This document shows positions 25,745-40,690 of a stretch of 64,000 nucleotides of DNA, in pieces. The notes under the pieces are model-generated. The model was not told the DNA's origin and ran no database searches. It saw nothing but the letters and a program-made list of their open reading frames with translations. The translations under genes and the position numbers were made by a program. Position 1 is the stretch's first letter, and each line of letters starts with the position of its first letter. Source of the DNA: Eledone cirrhosa (taxonomy: Eukaryota); contig OZ024742.1 of assembly GCA_964016885.1 (NCBI GenBank), forward strand, positions 138,756,001 to 138,820,000, read 5' to 3'.

Positions 25745-25870
25745 TTTATATACACATTTATATATATATATATATATACACATATATAAATATATACATA
25801 TATTATATATATGTTTATATATAGTATATATATACATACATATACATATTTGTACATATATAAGTGCTTT

Positions 25871-25936
<66 letters not shown>

Positions 25937-25959
25937 TACATACATTTATATATATATAT

Positions 25960-26268
25960 ATGAGAAAGAAACTGGGTATAAGTTGTGATGTGCAGGAGAG
26001 AAGGCTGAGATGGTATGGACATGTGATGCGTATCGAGGATGACCGCTGCGTAAAGAAGTGCCAAGAAATCCCAGTAGAAGGAAGACGCAGTAGAGGTAGA
26101 CCACGAAAAACATAGGCGGAGGTGGTGAGAGCAGACCTCAGATCGCTGAAACCAACCGAGGAGATGACGAAGGACCGTGAAAAGTGGAGAGATGCTGTGC
26201 TGAATAGGACCCGTCCAACCCTTGCAAGCAGGACAAAGCGGACGTAAGATGCTGATGATGATGATGAT
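25960..26268 (+). mobile_element. RTE-like LINE 3' fragment with (GAT)n tail
   Basis: [12 protein letters not shown]...[13 protein letters not shown] motif. Confidence 0.85.
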
Positions 26269-26960
26269 ATATATATATATATGTACATATGTATATATAC
26301 TTATACATACATACTTTTATATATATAGTTATGTAATAAACAACATAAGATAATTATTTCATTTACCAGTGGTTTCTTGAAAGCAACCAAAATTGCTTTC
26401 ATTTCATCAGAATGAAAAAATCCTGGTGTCTTTATTCTCTCTCTCTCTCTCTCTATAGATATATATATATTGTTTAAGATGTTTGATAGCTAACTTACCT
26501 GCAGAAAAACAGAAAAGGCTGTTCTAACCGCCGTAATGAATGTGGCTTCCAAAATTTATTACTGATCACAACTGTAGCACGAAGAAATCTGGTAGTGTAA
26601 GGTTTTATGTGATTCAATATCTTAAAGATTTACCGGCTCGTTATGTCTCCTATCCCACTCCTATGCTCCGCAGTTGTTTATAATTATCCTATTTAATTCA
26701 TGACAAAGCATTTCATCATACGATGGAAAAGTGATGTTATCATTGACAAAAATACCCTACAAATTTAAATAACATTACGCCTTATCTCATAACCCCTAAA
26801 CCTTGACACAAGGAGAAAACAAACCAAAAAAAACGCACATGTATGCGTATTTAAGCATATAAAATCACGTGCCAACCTCACATACCTCACCCTCATTCAC
26901 TTTCTCACGCACGCACACACATACATACACACAAACACACACACACACACATATATACAT

Positions 26961-27030
<70 letters not shown>

Positions 27031-27034
27031 ATAC

Positions 27035-27201
<167 letters not shown>

Positions 27202-27348
27202 GTATTTACGTATCGAGAAAGAGAGAAAAAGGAGGGATAGGTGATACATATAGTTATTTGCCAAGTAGCGTATGCCAAAGGTGTTCGATACTAGTGCCGG
27301 CAGTATTAAATATTTGAAGTGTTAATATTTAGTGGGCTAGAGAGTATA

Positions 27349-27453
<105 letters not shown>

Positions 27454-27503
27454 GTGTATATATATATGTATATGTATACAAATACATTTTTATAAGAAAA
27501 TAA

Positions 27504-27560
<57 letters not shown>

Positions 27561-28196
27561 CACACACACAGACACATATATTTGAATAATTTGTCACATG
27601 GCAAATGAGGTAGCACCCAATACTGTGAAAATACGAATGAGTATTTTACATTTATTTTTTATAATAATGTGAAGACTTTACTTAGAGTTTCAGATATGTG
27701 GTGTTGTTGCTGAAATAATTGAATACAGCCGTCTAGGTTAACTATCACCAGTTATCTTGTCAGCTATTCAATATATGACGGCTCATGGCCCAATGGTTGA
27801 CGTACGATTGTAATTTCGTCAGTTCGATTCCTGTTGCATTTTATTTCATGTTGTTCCAGTAAACTCAATACAATAAGTACCAACAGTTAATCTTGTGATA
27901 GACTGGCAACCTATCTAATGGGCGTCTTACTGTCGCTTATCGCCAAGAAAACTTGGGATAAACACCAGCCTGATGAACCTCCGGCTTAGAACAGACTTCA
28001 ACTTAACTGACTCCATATATGGTCTGAGTAGGTGAAAGATAAACGAGTTGTGTGTATGACATTTTCGCTTGCTAGTTGAATTGATTTATTCAAGCAGTAT
28101 TGCATCTCATGTTCCGTTCTCCTTTCAAATTTATTTGAAGCTTTCAGCAATTAACACGTCTTGGTGAAATTCAACATCAGATATAATAACATAATA

Positions 28197-28797
28197 GAAA
28201 TTGTTTCTACTTTTGGCACAAGGCCAGCAATTATCCCAGTGCACTACTGGTATTTTATTTTATTTTATCGCCCCCGTAAGGAAGTAAGGCAAAGTTAAGC
28301 TCGGAGGGATTTGAACTCAGACCGTAAAGGGACGTATCTCTATGCTGGAAAGCATAGTGTCCGACCCTCTACCGATACTGCCAATCCACTAGCATAATAT
28401 AATGGTTTCTAGTATAGGCACAGGGTCAGCAATTTTGGGGGAGGGGAAAGTCGATATATCGACCCCATTGCGTGACTGGTACTTTATTTAATCGACCCCG
28501 TAAGGATGAAAGGCAAAGTTAACCGCGGTGGGATTTGAACTCAGACCGTAAAGGGGCGTAACTCTATGCTGGAAAGCATAGTGGCCGACTATCTACCGAT
28601 ACTGCCAATCCACTAACATATATAATTGTTTCTACTTTTGGCACAAGGCCAGCAATTACCACAGTGTATTACTGGTACTTTATTTTATCGACCCCGTAAG
28701 GATGAAAGGCAAAGTTAACCTCGGCGGGATTTGAACTCAGATCATAAAGAGCCGTAACTCTTTGCTGCAAAGCATGGCGTCCGACCCTCTACCGATG
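28197..28797 (-). mobile_element. Three SINEs in head-to-tail tandem
   Basis: Three consecutive copies of the 1755-1940 family separated by short AT spacers. Confidence 0.85.
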
Positions 28798-28854
28798 GAA
28801 CATAGTATAATGATATAATATAAGCAGATATAATATCATATATATATATATATA

Positions 28855-29488
28855 AAATCGATATGGACAAACTGTAGTATAATAATTAGTATACTTCAAT
28901 CTGGCTAAATTTTTCTTTTACAATATATATACAGATGTGTTGGTATCTGTGTTTCATCACATACATATTAATTTATACACTGCTCAGGGGGTATTTTTCC
29001 TCCTTCGAGCTGATTCCATTGTAAAAGAATTCATTACCTTATTAATTTTAACTGCTCCTAGTTTGAGCTGCAAGCCGCCTCATATATACGACTGTTATTT
29101 CTAGCAGTACGGTTATGAGACTAGTTAGATACTGTAAAGCCATGTGCGTCACGCAGTCTTTTAAATTATTTAGAAGTGAAGCATATCAATTTGTCTCTGG
29201 ATGTTTACTGAGGAGAGCGGGACATGATATTCCTACACTTATTTAACTCGAAACATATTTGGATCTTAAAGTCTAAACTTATCTACGGAACAGGTTTGAT
29301 TTTGAAATTTAAATGTGTCTAAACATCACGGCCTCTTGGCAATACAGTTCGTCTCCGTTGTTTTATTATTTTAAATCGATATGGACAAACTGTAGTATAA
29401 TAATTAGTATACTTCGATCTGGCTAAATTTTTCTTTTACAATATATATACAGATGTGTTGGTATCTGTGTTTCATCACATACATATTA

Positions 29489-29495
<7 letters not shown>
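28855..29495 (+). mobile_element. Retrozyme/pLTR-like element: ~518-bp unit with ~120-bp terminal direct repeat, in (TA)n
   Basis: 28855-28977 repeated at 29373-29495; contains a hammerhead at 29200-29327. Confidence 0.75.
29200..29327 (+). ncRNA. Type I hammerhead ribozyme, canonical core, long stem III, predicted cleavage after C29319 (GUC)
   Basis: gatgttta-CTGAGGA-gag...ctc-GAAA-catattt...aaatgtg-TC-taaacatc: 8-bp stem I and a long imperfect stem III hairpin. Confidence 0.8.
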
Positions 29496-29536
<41 letters not shown>

Positions 29537-29589
29537 CGTTCCTGAATTTGTTTAGCAAGATTCTTTATCTGAAAACGTGTGTTGAAACC

Positions 29590-30206
<617 letters not shown>

Positions 30207-31208
30207 AGGAAAAGCGAAGTAGTTTCAGATGTTCAAGTCTTTTAATAATTGTTTCTACTTTAGGCACAAGGCCTGCAATTACCCAGTGCATTACTGGTAC
30301 TTTATTTTATCGACCCCAATAATGCTGTGATATATATTTCTGAAACTACTTCGCTTTTCCTTATTCGATATTTACTCCGGCACTCCTATGTGGAAAAAGT
30401 ACGTTGAGTGCTTGAATTGAATTACATCAATGTGTACCCTAAGTATATATATATATATATATATAGGAAAATGTTTCGACAGCTATTTCTGGACTCTGGT
30501 GGTAGTGCTGCAGTATGACCACAGTTCAATGGGTGAAGGTACAATAGAGATGATATCTGTATGACATTGTAAAAAGACACAGATAACCAGACTGAATATG
30601 CAGTGAATAGGCAGAATCTTTAAAACATCGGATAGAATGCTTTGCAGTATTCGTTTCACCGTTCTACTCTCTTAGTTCAAATACCACCGAGGTCAACGTT
30701 ACCTTTCATCCATTTGAGATAAATTAAAAAGTACTAGTCTAGTATTTGGGTCGATTCTTCCTCTATATCTCTTTCTCACTTCCATTGCCTCAATCTCCCT
30801 ATCCTTCTATAGAAAAATTCTGCTGTATTCAAACCTGGAAAGGAGATGGACTCCGTCAGATTTTAAAATGACCGAGAAACGCCGTATACAGCGCCTCTAT
30901 GACTATACTCACCCAGCCTGAGTACCTGTAGGTTAATGTCGGATTAAAAGGCGGTGAATTGGCAGAGTCATTAGAACATCGGATTGAATGCTTTGAATAT
31001 TCGATCCGGCTCTTTGCTCACATTCCGCTGAGGTCAACTTTGCCTTTTGTCCTTTCTGCGTCGATATATATATATATATATATGTACTAGTCCAGTATTG
31101 GGATTGATTCTTCCACTATATCTGTTTCTGACATCTTCACTTTCTTTCTTTCTCTCTCTTCCTCTCCCCCTTTCTTTATTTATCTCACTCTCTTTTTATC
31201 TCTCACTT

Positions 31209-31240
<32 letters not shown>

Positions 31241-31964
31241 ACACAAACATAGACACACAGACCACACCCACACATACACACACATCCACACTCTTTCTCA
31301 GGAAGAGACTGGTTGTGTTCAGACCTGGGGAGTTTGAAAACAATATAGCTAAGACTCACTGCATGTTGATACGACGCTCACTCGGCTAGAGCAATGTGTT
31401 ACAGGAAAGAAAGATTGTCAGATGACAATGTAGGAGGAGAAAAAAAAATAGAGGTTTGTTCCAAAGAAATATCATCTAAATCTAATTGCGGCATTTGTCT
31501 GTTGCTTGTCTATAGTTCTTATAATTATTTATGGTAGAAAAAGAAAATTATAAAATAACACCATCACCATTAACAACAAGAACATTAAAAAGAAAAATGA
31601 AACAAAACAAAAACTAGAATATATATCCCATTTTGTTCTCATTTCCTTCTGAAAGTATTTTATAAAAAGAAAAAAGCCTACAAAATGAACTCCCAAAGTC
31701 GCACGTACACAATACTATAGTTTGAATAAATAGGCGAGTAATCATTCCTTATTTATTCATAACACATTCTGTTTTCAAATCATATCACACATACACACAC
31801 GCACACACGCACACCCCCACACATACACGTGTATTTGTGTGGATATATATATATACGTGTGTGTGTAGATACATACATACATACACATATATATATATGT
31901 GTGTAGATACACACACAGCCACACACACACATATATATATTATCATTATTATCTATACGTACAT

Positions 31965-32016
<52 letters not shown>

Positions 32017-32262
32017 ATGTGTGTGTGTATATATGCCATGGACATATATATATATATAACGAAGGAAATGTGGTAAGGAACCAGATGGACCATAACGCAC
32101 CAAAGTACTCAATACTTAGGGTAGTAGAGTGGGTAATAGGAACGAGTAGGACCCCGACGGCTGAGCTCAAGCCGTTTCAACGGCTAATTCTGGACTAAAC
32201 ATTTTTAGTCCAGAATTAGCCGTCGAAACGGCTTGAGCTCAGCCGTCGGGGTCCTACTCGTT

Positions 32263-32307
<45 letters not shown>

Positions 32308-33249
32308 ATGTGTGTATATATGCCAATTCATGGATATATAGTTTTGTGTATGGAGAGGCTCATGTTAACTATAAATAAATACATTAGAAAAGTTTGAATT
32401 ACGTATTAACATATTTGACTTTCACCTGAAATGAGATTTTCTTAACTGCAGACACTCTCCTGCTGTTTCAACCTATGTTTCATTCACAGCGTCAAGCTTA
32501 ATAAACCTAATAGTCAAACTAATAATTCACTTCTATCAAACACATAAGCTTAAATTTTATGAGTGAAACTTGGAAATGAGATTGTGCTATATTCATGCCT
32601 TTCTTTCTCCAGAACATTATAGAATTACAAATGCAATATTTGGAAATGGCAATCAGATCGGATTTTGTAAACTTTCAAAGTCATGCGTTCATTTCTTAAT
32701 TTACTATGATAACTGTTTATTACGAAAAAAAACAAAATTGAAACAAAAAGCAAGAAAGCCAACAAATAAACCCAGAGCAAATATTGATTTCTGACTGTGG
32801 TATTTGACCTAAAATTTACAAGAGTAAGAGATAAAAAAGTTTGACATTCATCATTTTCCCTAGATTAGTTTGTTTTCGACAGTTGCAAGTGAGTGTGTGG
32901 GGATGGGCAGCAGATGTGGGTGTATATTTGTTTTTCTGTTGTAGCACGTGCTAGTGAAAGTGATTTTCTTTAGGCAAGAGTGACTCAATTTAATAGTGTG
33001 CACTTATGGTATTTATGGATATTTGAAAAGTGACCTAATTACGAATAACAAAGTTTCCTGGATATGTTGGTGGAGACATCTAAGTTGCACAGAAGATTTG
33101 ACAAAGTTATTTTCCTTCCTAATTCTCTTTGGTGGGTATGGGTTTAGACCCCATATGTAAACTAACTCCTCACTAAAGCCGCTCTATAACGCCCCGTTGT
33201 AATGGAGAGGTGGCTCTGCCAAAGATATCTCCAAAGTATAGCTGGATGG

Positions 33250-33930
33250 GAAAACCGTGTTATAGACTCCCTATGAATATATACGATATCTTCATTATAG
33301 TTTCTATATGGATAGTGTTTACCTATCTTGATATTTAAAGTAATGTCCAGCAATTTCACTTTCATTAGATTGGAAGTGATTGTTATATATATATGTTGAA
33401 TATTTCTATTGTTCTTTCTAAATCTATCCACATAAAAAAACTGTTGGTGAATGTACGCATTTTGTAGATGTCCTGGGTAAATATCCAACAAAGTCTGTGT
33501 ACACCCCCCCCCCCCCCACCCCCACCCCCACCCCATCCCGTCATCATAACTCTGGAAGGTGATATCGAAGACATGGTTCCCTTTTTTTAAAAACTTAATA
33601 GGAATCATCATGATATAGGAGTAACTTCTTAGCGTTCATGCCTATTCTAATATATATGTAGCTAGTCTTAATGTATTGCATTCCGAAATCTTCGGTTTTC
33701 AGTGGGGAAGGAATTGTATGTGGAAGCTATCAAAGCCTATTAGCCCGAGTAAAATGCTGATTTTGACACATCCCGTTTTGAAAATATTTTGAATAAATGC
33801 TTAGCCTCTTGCAAACAGCATAAAGTGCGATTGACAAGATACCAAACATCATTCGCTTACTGAGTGGGGTGGAACTCATCAAATCGGACAAAGAAACAAT
33901 GTGTCTATTGGTCTTTCCATTGTTGATACT
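33250..33930 (-). mobile_element. Penelope-like reverse transcriptase remnant
   Basis: VKLLDITLNIKIGKHYPYRNYNEDIVYIHRES resembles the PLE FLD.TL....Y.PY.K.N...YI...S motif; heavily decayed. Confidence 0.6.
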
Positions 33931-35517
33931 GTCTACAGGTCGCAACTCCTGGTAGAATGCCTCTTTCAAGCAATCTCCTAAATCACAGATAAAACGTAAA
34001 ACACATATAAAACTAATATTGTTCTACTATTCAGCACATATGAGCTATTTAACTCTTGTGACTGAGAGATTAGTCACCGCTCCCAAGTGCACCTCATGTA
34101 CACCAGAAGATACTGATGTGATCGGGTTTACGAGATTAGCAGAATATTCTCTCCACCTTACGAGGATGCACCTCTCTGAAGAGAGGAGAACCCTAGACGC
34201 GTTCCTGATAGTATGTGTGGAGAACGATCTTATTACGAAGTCGGCGGATGATTTGCTAGAACACTTTATTTGTTGATCTGAAGTCGGATTCCAGCTTAAC
34301 TCCAAAGTCCTCCCATCCCTTAACTTTGGACGCCTTTACTGTCTCTGCTGTGGTTCTTCATGTCTGCTTATACCACAAGTGTACGAAGGCGGATTCATTT
34401 TCAAGTCAAGCTTTGTAGGTTTTCTTCTTCGCACGGATGGCTTCCTTGACCTTTTGATTGAACCAAGGCGTCCTCCTTCTATTTGGTGCCACACCAAGCC
34501 TCTTTCTCCCACAGCATTTAACAGCTGAAATATAAATAGAAACTGTTGAGCTGAACAATCTCCACTCAGTTTCAACTTACTCAGCTTGCTCAAGGAGTTT
34601 TCTGAATTTAGATGCAATAGTGTCTGCACACTCAGTCCTGACTTCCTTATCCACCAACCCTTCCCCCTTTATCCTGTAGATCACCCTGGATCTGTCAATT
34701 TTGTGGGCGCCTTTTCCTTTAGGTAGTTTCAAGTTTCAGATAACTAGATGGTGATCAGTTGATAGCTCAGCCCCTCTCTAAACACGAAATTCCAGCACAG
34801 AATTGAAGAGATCAGAGACAAAAACAAAATCAGTAATTGATAGTGTAAATACATTTATGAATATACAAAATATGTATATTCTGAACAATAAATATACAGG
34901 TTTTATTTTATACACGCTCTTCTCTTTCTTTAGCTCATCTCTTCAATAGGAAGAACAGGATACAACAAAAACTAAAAGAAAATATTCCAAAAGTCTTTGT
35001 AAGTGTGATAGACTTGTAACTCTTGAGGGAGTCGTCCGGGGGCCGCAGTGACATATCTGTGTTTGGGCATTTTAAAATTTTTCCAAAACTATCCATTCTC
35101 TAGGTCTAAAAACAGCCGATTTCTAATAGAGAGGGAGAGAGGGAGGAGAGGGAGAGAGAGTGAGATAGAGAGAGAGAAAATTTACCCTTTACAAGGACTG
35201 GTACTTTTTTATCGACCTTGAAAGTATAAAGAATTCAACTGACCTCGGCGGTATTTGAACTTTGGAAAGCATTCTATCTGACCTTCTGCCGATTCGCAAT
35301 CACTTAAAGATTTTATAAATTACTTGAACCACTGTTTATAATTGGTATAAAAGGGCATCGTAGATTGTCCTGAAAGGAATACCTAAGGTAACAGCGGGGG
35401 AGTAGCTATCGGATTTAATATGAAAAAACAGACCGACAACTCGACCAAAAGCACGACCGAAAACATAGAATAGGTGGCAGTGTGGAACCAATAATAGTTA
35501 ATTGATTGATAAATATA

Positions 35518-36596
35518 AGTTTGTACACGTACATACATATATGTATACAGACGTACAGTAGTATGTATATATATATATACATACATGCATACATATATAT
35601 ATGTACGTATGGATTCACCGAACATTTATTATATTGCTCGGTGTGTTTGTAAACAAACATCCCGTATTAAACCGTAGTGTCCAGTAACCATCGTTGCTCG
35701 TTTGTTCAACACTGACAAAGGAACGCTGTACTAGTTTCAAGCTTATTAGCTATCGTAAGCAACGTATACCTTCCTGCCAGATTGTTGAACGTATATACTT
35801 ACCTTATGCATATTAACAGCTGAGAAGCCCAATTTGCATATCGAGTGGGTTAATCGGCCGGGTGCACCGAAAACGATAAACGGAAAAAATGAAACGAAAT
35901 TTCATTTCCCACTCTTAGTACGCTGTTACTTAAATATAAGTATGTACACGTACATACATATATGTATACAGACGTACAGTAGTATGTATATATATGTATA
36001 TATATATATACATACATGCACACATATATATATGTACGTATGGATTCACCGAACATTTATTATATTGCTCGGTGTGTTTGTAAACAAACATCCCGTATTA
36101 AGCCGTAGTGTCCAGTAACCATCGTTGCTCGTTTGTTCAACACTGACAAAGGAACGCTGTACTAGTTTCAAGCTTATTAGCTATCGTAAGCAACGTATAC
36201 CTTCCTGCCAAATTGTTGAACGTATTAATACGGCTGTTAATATGCATAAGGTAAGTATATACGTTCAACAATCTGGCAGGAAGATATACGTTGCTGACGA
36301 TAGCTAATAAGCTTGAAACTAGTACAGCGTTCCTTTGTCAGTGTTGAACAAACGAGCAACGATGGTTGCTGGACACTACGGCTTAAAACGGGATGTTTGT
36401 TTACAAACAAAACCGAGCAACATAATAAATGTTCGGTGAATCCATACGTACATATATATATGTGTGCATGTATGTATATATATATATACATACTACTGTA
36501 CGTCTGTATACATATATGTATGTACGTGTACATACTTATATTTAAGTAACAGCCGTACTAAGAGTGGGAAATGAAATTTCGTTTCATTTTTTTCCG
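35518..36596. mobile_element. Retrozyme-like composite (family C): ~431-bp direct tandem units plus inverted unit, flanked by a 16-bp direct repeat
   Basis: Hammerheads at 35723-35765 (-), 36154-36196 (-), 36288-36330 (+); TTGATTGATAAATATA at 35502-35517 and 36597-36612. Confidence 0.8.
36263..36349 (+). ncRNA. Type I hammerhead ribozyme, intact core, palindromic stem III, predicted cleavage after A36324 (GUA)
   Basis: acgttg-CTGACGA-t-agct(aata)agct-t-GAAA-ctag-TA-cagcgt; distal stems ctggcagg/tttgtcag and gttcaaca/tgttgaac. Confidence 0.8.
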
Positions 36597-36737
36597 TTGA
36601 TTGATAAATATATATTAAAAAATAGACAATCTCTATTATTTTCTGCGTACGAAGGTGAGACAAAATGTTTTTCCATTTGTTTATGTTTTCACAATCACGT
36701 TTACGATTATGAAAAACCTGTATATGTATGTGTGTAT

Positions 36738-36768
<31 letters not shown>

Positions 36769-36786
36769 AGAGAGAGTCTGTGTGTG

Positions 36787-36894
<108 letters not shown>

Positions 36895-37349
36895 TGTGTG
36901 CGTGCGCGTGCGTATGTACCTATGTATGTATATGCATATATGCATATATGTATAGGTGTATATCTATGTTGATGTCGTCCCTGAATATTCTACAAGGTAT
37001 TCATATCAATTTGGTGACAAAGTCTACAGTTCTGCTGCTAGACATAAACAGTACATAAGAGGGAATAAGTAGCCAGATTCATTCAAGGTTACCCAAGAGT
37101 TTTATGTGTGTTATATCTGCAAAAAGGTATGCAGGAGCGAAGCAGGGTTGCAGAGTCATTCGCGTGCTCATGGCTGTTCGGCACAACGTTGGAGAGATGT
37201 CACTCTTCTGTAAAAACGTGGCAGTTATCAATATATATATATATATATATAATAAAATAACAGATTAAAGTTTAAGCAAAGAATCGCTGCTTATTATTTA
37301 TCCTTATCGAACCCTCTTTGGATTTTAGTCTTCACATTTATTATTATTA

Positions 37350-37380
<31 letters not shown>

Positions 37381-37829
37381 GCACATGTGTGTGTGTATGT
37401 GGGGGTGTGTCTATGTGTGTGTGTGCGCGCGTGTGAGTGTGTGTGTGTGCATGTGTGACTGGTGCATATATTTATGGCGAAAAGAATAGCGAGATGTTAA
37501 CAATTGAAAACAAGAAGGAAAATCATTTAAATAAATAATTTACGTACTGTGTTTCCATGGAGATTATGGAAAAAATTCCAAATAAATTTAATATTCGTAG
37601 CGGCACATATTGGTGTGTTATTTCCATAAATCAAGAATATGGAAACCATAACGACGAAAAGCAAAAACGTTTATTAAAATATGAAGTATGCTCCGTATTT
37701 GCTTAAATTTATGTTTACAGTTGACATTAAAGAACGTGCTTTGTGCCGCGAACGCATTGAGTATTTGAACAAAAGGCAACTGTAAGAAGAGCGCTTAAAG
37801 TGTTACATCAACCATCAATGATATATTTA

Positions 37830-38125
37830 ACGCCTCGTGTTGTGACACGTTCTCCGCCGACAACTTTGTCGCTTCAGCCACAAACCCGGGCAACATCGCC
37901 TGAAAAGCACAGGAAAGGAAGATAGCTAAATACCGGAACTAGGCAGACTGCTTCCTTTTCGTGCCGGTCACCGTCGTGACCTCTGGTGTCCTCGATCGTT
38001 GAACTGTCATTTTCCTTCAAAAATTAAGAGAAGTGCATCCCACCTAAGGAAGAAACCCCATGAAATGGAATGGCTGATGCAGCGAGTGTCACTGGCTGTT
38101 CGAAGCAATGCCTTCGAACAACAAC
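37830..38125 (+). mobile_element. CRE-like LINE 3' fragment
   Basis: CCDTFSA...AQERKIAKY...FVPVTVVTSGVLD...WLMQRVSLAV; same family as 10700-11250. Confidence 0.65.
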
Positions 38126-39556
38126 AGGTTTAGAGGCATACTACAGGAAGCATTCAACGGGTAGGAAGAGGAGTTAGAAACGTAACACATAGAACATATA
38201 AGGTCTCTTACCTGACAACCTACTGATGGCCACAGACAAGATTTGTGGATGGGAAAAGCTAGCAATTAGACAGAAAGTGACTTGGAAGCGGAGCATTACT
38301 GTAGTTAGTGCCAGAAAAGCTCAGAGATGGGCATGGGAATTCTGGAAGGCGAGTGCAATAGAGAATACCAGTTAACTAGAGGAAAGGCCATATGTCGGAT
38401 ATATTTGGCATGAGGGAGGTAATAATCTGATGTTTTCCAATGTTCTGCAGCCTGAGGATTTCATATGTGAAGTGCTCTGGATTACAAGACTGTATAAGAG
38501 AGAACTAGAATGTTGTGGGAGTTAAGTATGTATGAAACGATAGTGGATCACTTACCGTTACTAACACCAAAAAGAATTAAGTATGGAAGTATTAATACGG
38601 TGGTTGTTGAATAAAGAGAATGCATAGTAGAGTGAGGGTCTATCCTAAGTTTACAAAGCTGAGGCACTAGTCATCGTAATGGACAGCAGCATGGTAGATA
38701 CGGCGATTAAGAAAATGAAGGTAGGAAAGGTAGCTGGACCTTCTGAGGATTGTCGCAGGGACTTTAACCTATCTGGAGGAGCAGGACACAGTCTAGCTGC
38801 TCATATAATAAATCGGGGCGTACAGGAAGGGGCCATACACAATGGCTGGCTTAGTAGCATAATCATCAGCAGCTAGAAGGGCAAAGGAGACGCACTAGAC
38901 GCACTAGAGAGTGGCATTACAAAAGCATTCACTCGTTGGTCCAAGTTATGAAGGGTACGGGAAGTGTGAGTGTCGTGGGTTCGATTCCTGGACTGGGTTG
39001 TGTGTAGCTTTCTTGAGCAGAACATTTCATTTCATATTGCTCAGTATGCTCAGCTATACTATTGCTAATTTCCTAATGAGAAAAATGCAAGACAGGTACT
39101 TAGATATGAATAAGCCCTAAAATTTAGCATTGTTGTTTGTTTTTTTTATCTGGAAACGTTCTTTGATAAAGTCCCACGCTCTATAATCTGGTGGACACTC
39201 GGGAATCTAGAGATAGACGAATGACTTATGATATCAGTACAAATCAAGATTTTAGTCAACTAGATTGGTTGCTTTATTACTATTATATATATTTTAGTGC
39301 TATATCTATTACTTAATGTTACATAATATTCAAGTATACTGACTTCATTATTATATTTATATTCCGTGGTACGTGAACCGGCGTGATTACATCACAAGTT
39401 GGAAAGTAAAATACGTCGAGAGCTCAGTCCTGTCTACAAGTTTGTTAGTTGATCAAGTACAACTTGAAAACCAACAACGGATTAATTAACACACAGGAAG
39501 TATACACACTTCAACAGCATCGTAATAATAACGGGTATACAATATTTGGGGCCCTG

Positions 39557-39662
<106 letters not shown>

Positions 39663-39667
39663 AGAAT

Positions 39668-40100
39668 TAGAATTTAGCTTCGACATAGCTGTATACATAT
39701 ATGTACGTTAATTTCGTACATCTAAAGATATACGGTATGTTTAGTAAATAAACATTTTGAAAGTCTCAGCTATGAATAGAAGGCTAACGAGCAGCGCCGT
39801 CTCGCGGAACCCAGCAGAAATAGTGGGAGATAATTGTCTATGCAATTCGAACATAAATGGTTCTCATCAGGATGATACTTCCCCCTGCCTACTGCTAGAC
39901 TTTGAGACGGGCGAAAGTATATAGTTTTTTCGCCTGTGTAGGTGGGATGATTAGCCTCATTTGCATACGAAGCTATATAAGTTGACTCAACTTAAAATAC
40001 AATTAGAATTTAACTTCTACATAGCTGTATACATACATGTATGTGAATTTCGTATATAATAAAGATATACGGGAAATTTAATAAATAAACAATGTTTTCA
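39668..40100 (-). mobile_element. Decayed relative of the 6057-6395 element, ~335-bp partial tandem, degenerate hammerhead at about 39833-39876
   Basis: Shares CATAG.TGTATA..TACGGTATGTTT..AATAAACATTT with 6080-6160; minus strand CTGATGA-gaac..gttc-GAAT. Confidence 0.5.
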
Positions 40101-40149
40101 AAATGTTTATTAAACATACATATGTTTATTTCACATGGCTTGGTCTTTC

Positions 40150-40690
40150 TTTATTGCAACCATGATATCTTTTGTCAACCTCTACGGTACTTCACCCGAC
40201 AGCAAGCAGTCATTGAACATGACCGTCTGTATCGAGTAGAGAAGTTATATTTTTAGTCCAATATCCTTGCACACCATCCGGGCCTCGTGATTTCCAGCTG
40301 GTTAATTTATTGGCCTGCTCTTTCGGGGTTTCAACCGAGATACTCAAATGATGTTGTTGGTGTGCTGCTTCATTAACCTCCCTTTTAAAAAGTTTCAGTC
40401 CTTTCTGCTCGACTATTATGCTTAACATTCTGCTCGCATGTCCCTCTCCAAAATGTGTTGGTCTGTTCAGCCTCATGAATAGGACGTCGCCTCTTTCTTT
40501 CCTTTCAAGCTGTTCAAATAACATCTGCTGGTGGTTGTCGAACATACGGTTTTATCTAACTCTGCTCTCATATCTTCTGATTTTTGCACTTTCGGCTATG
40601 ACACGTTGCTTTAGTTCCTCTATTATAATATTTAGCCCCTTTCCCTTTGTATTGTATTTGCTTGTTAATCTATCCCGGTTTCTACGGCGT
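40150..40690 (-). mobile_element. R4/Dong-like LINE fragment
   Basis: SWKSRGPDGVQGYWTKNITSL; homologous to 62390-62940. Confidence 0.8.
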
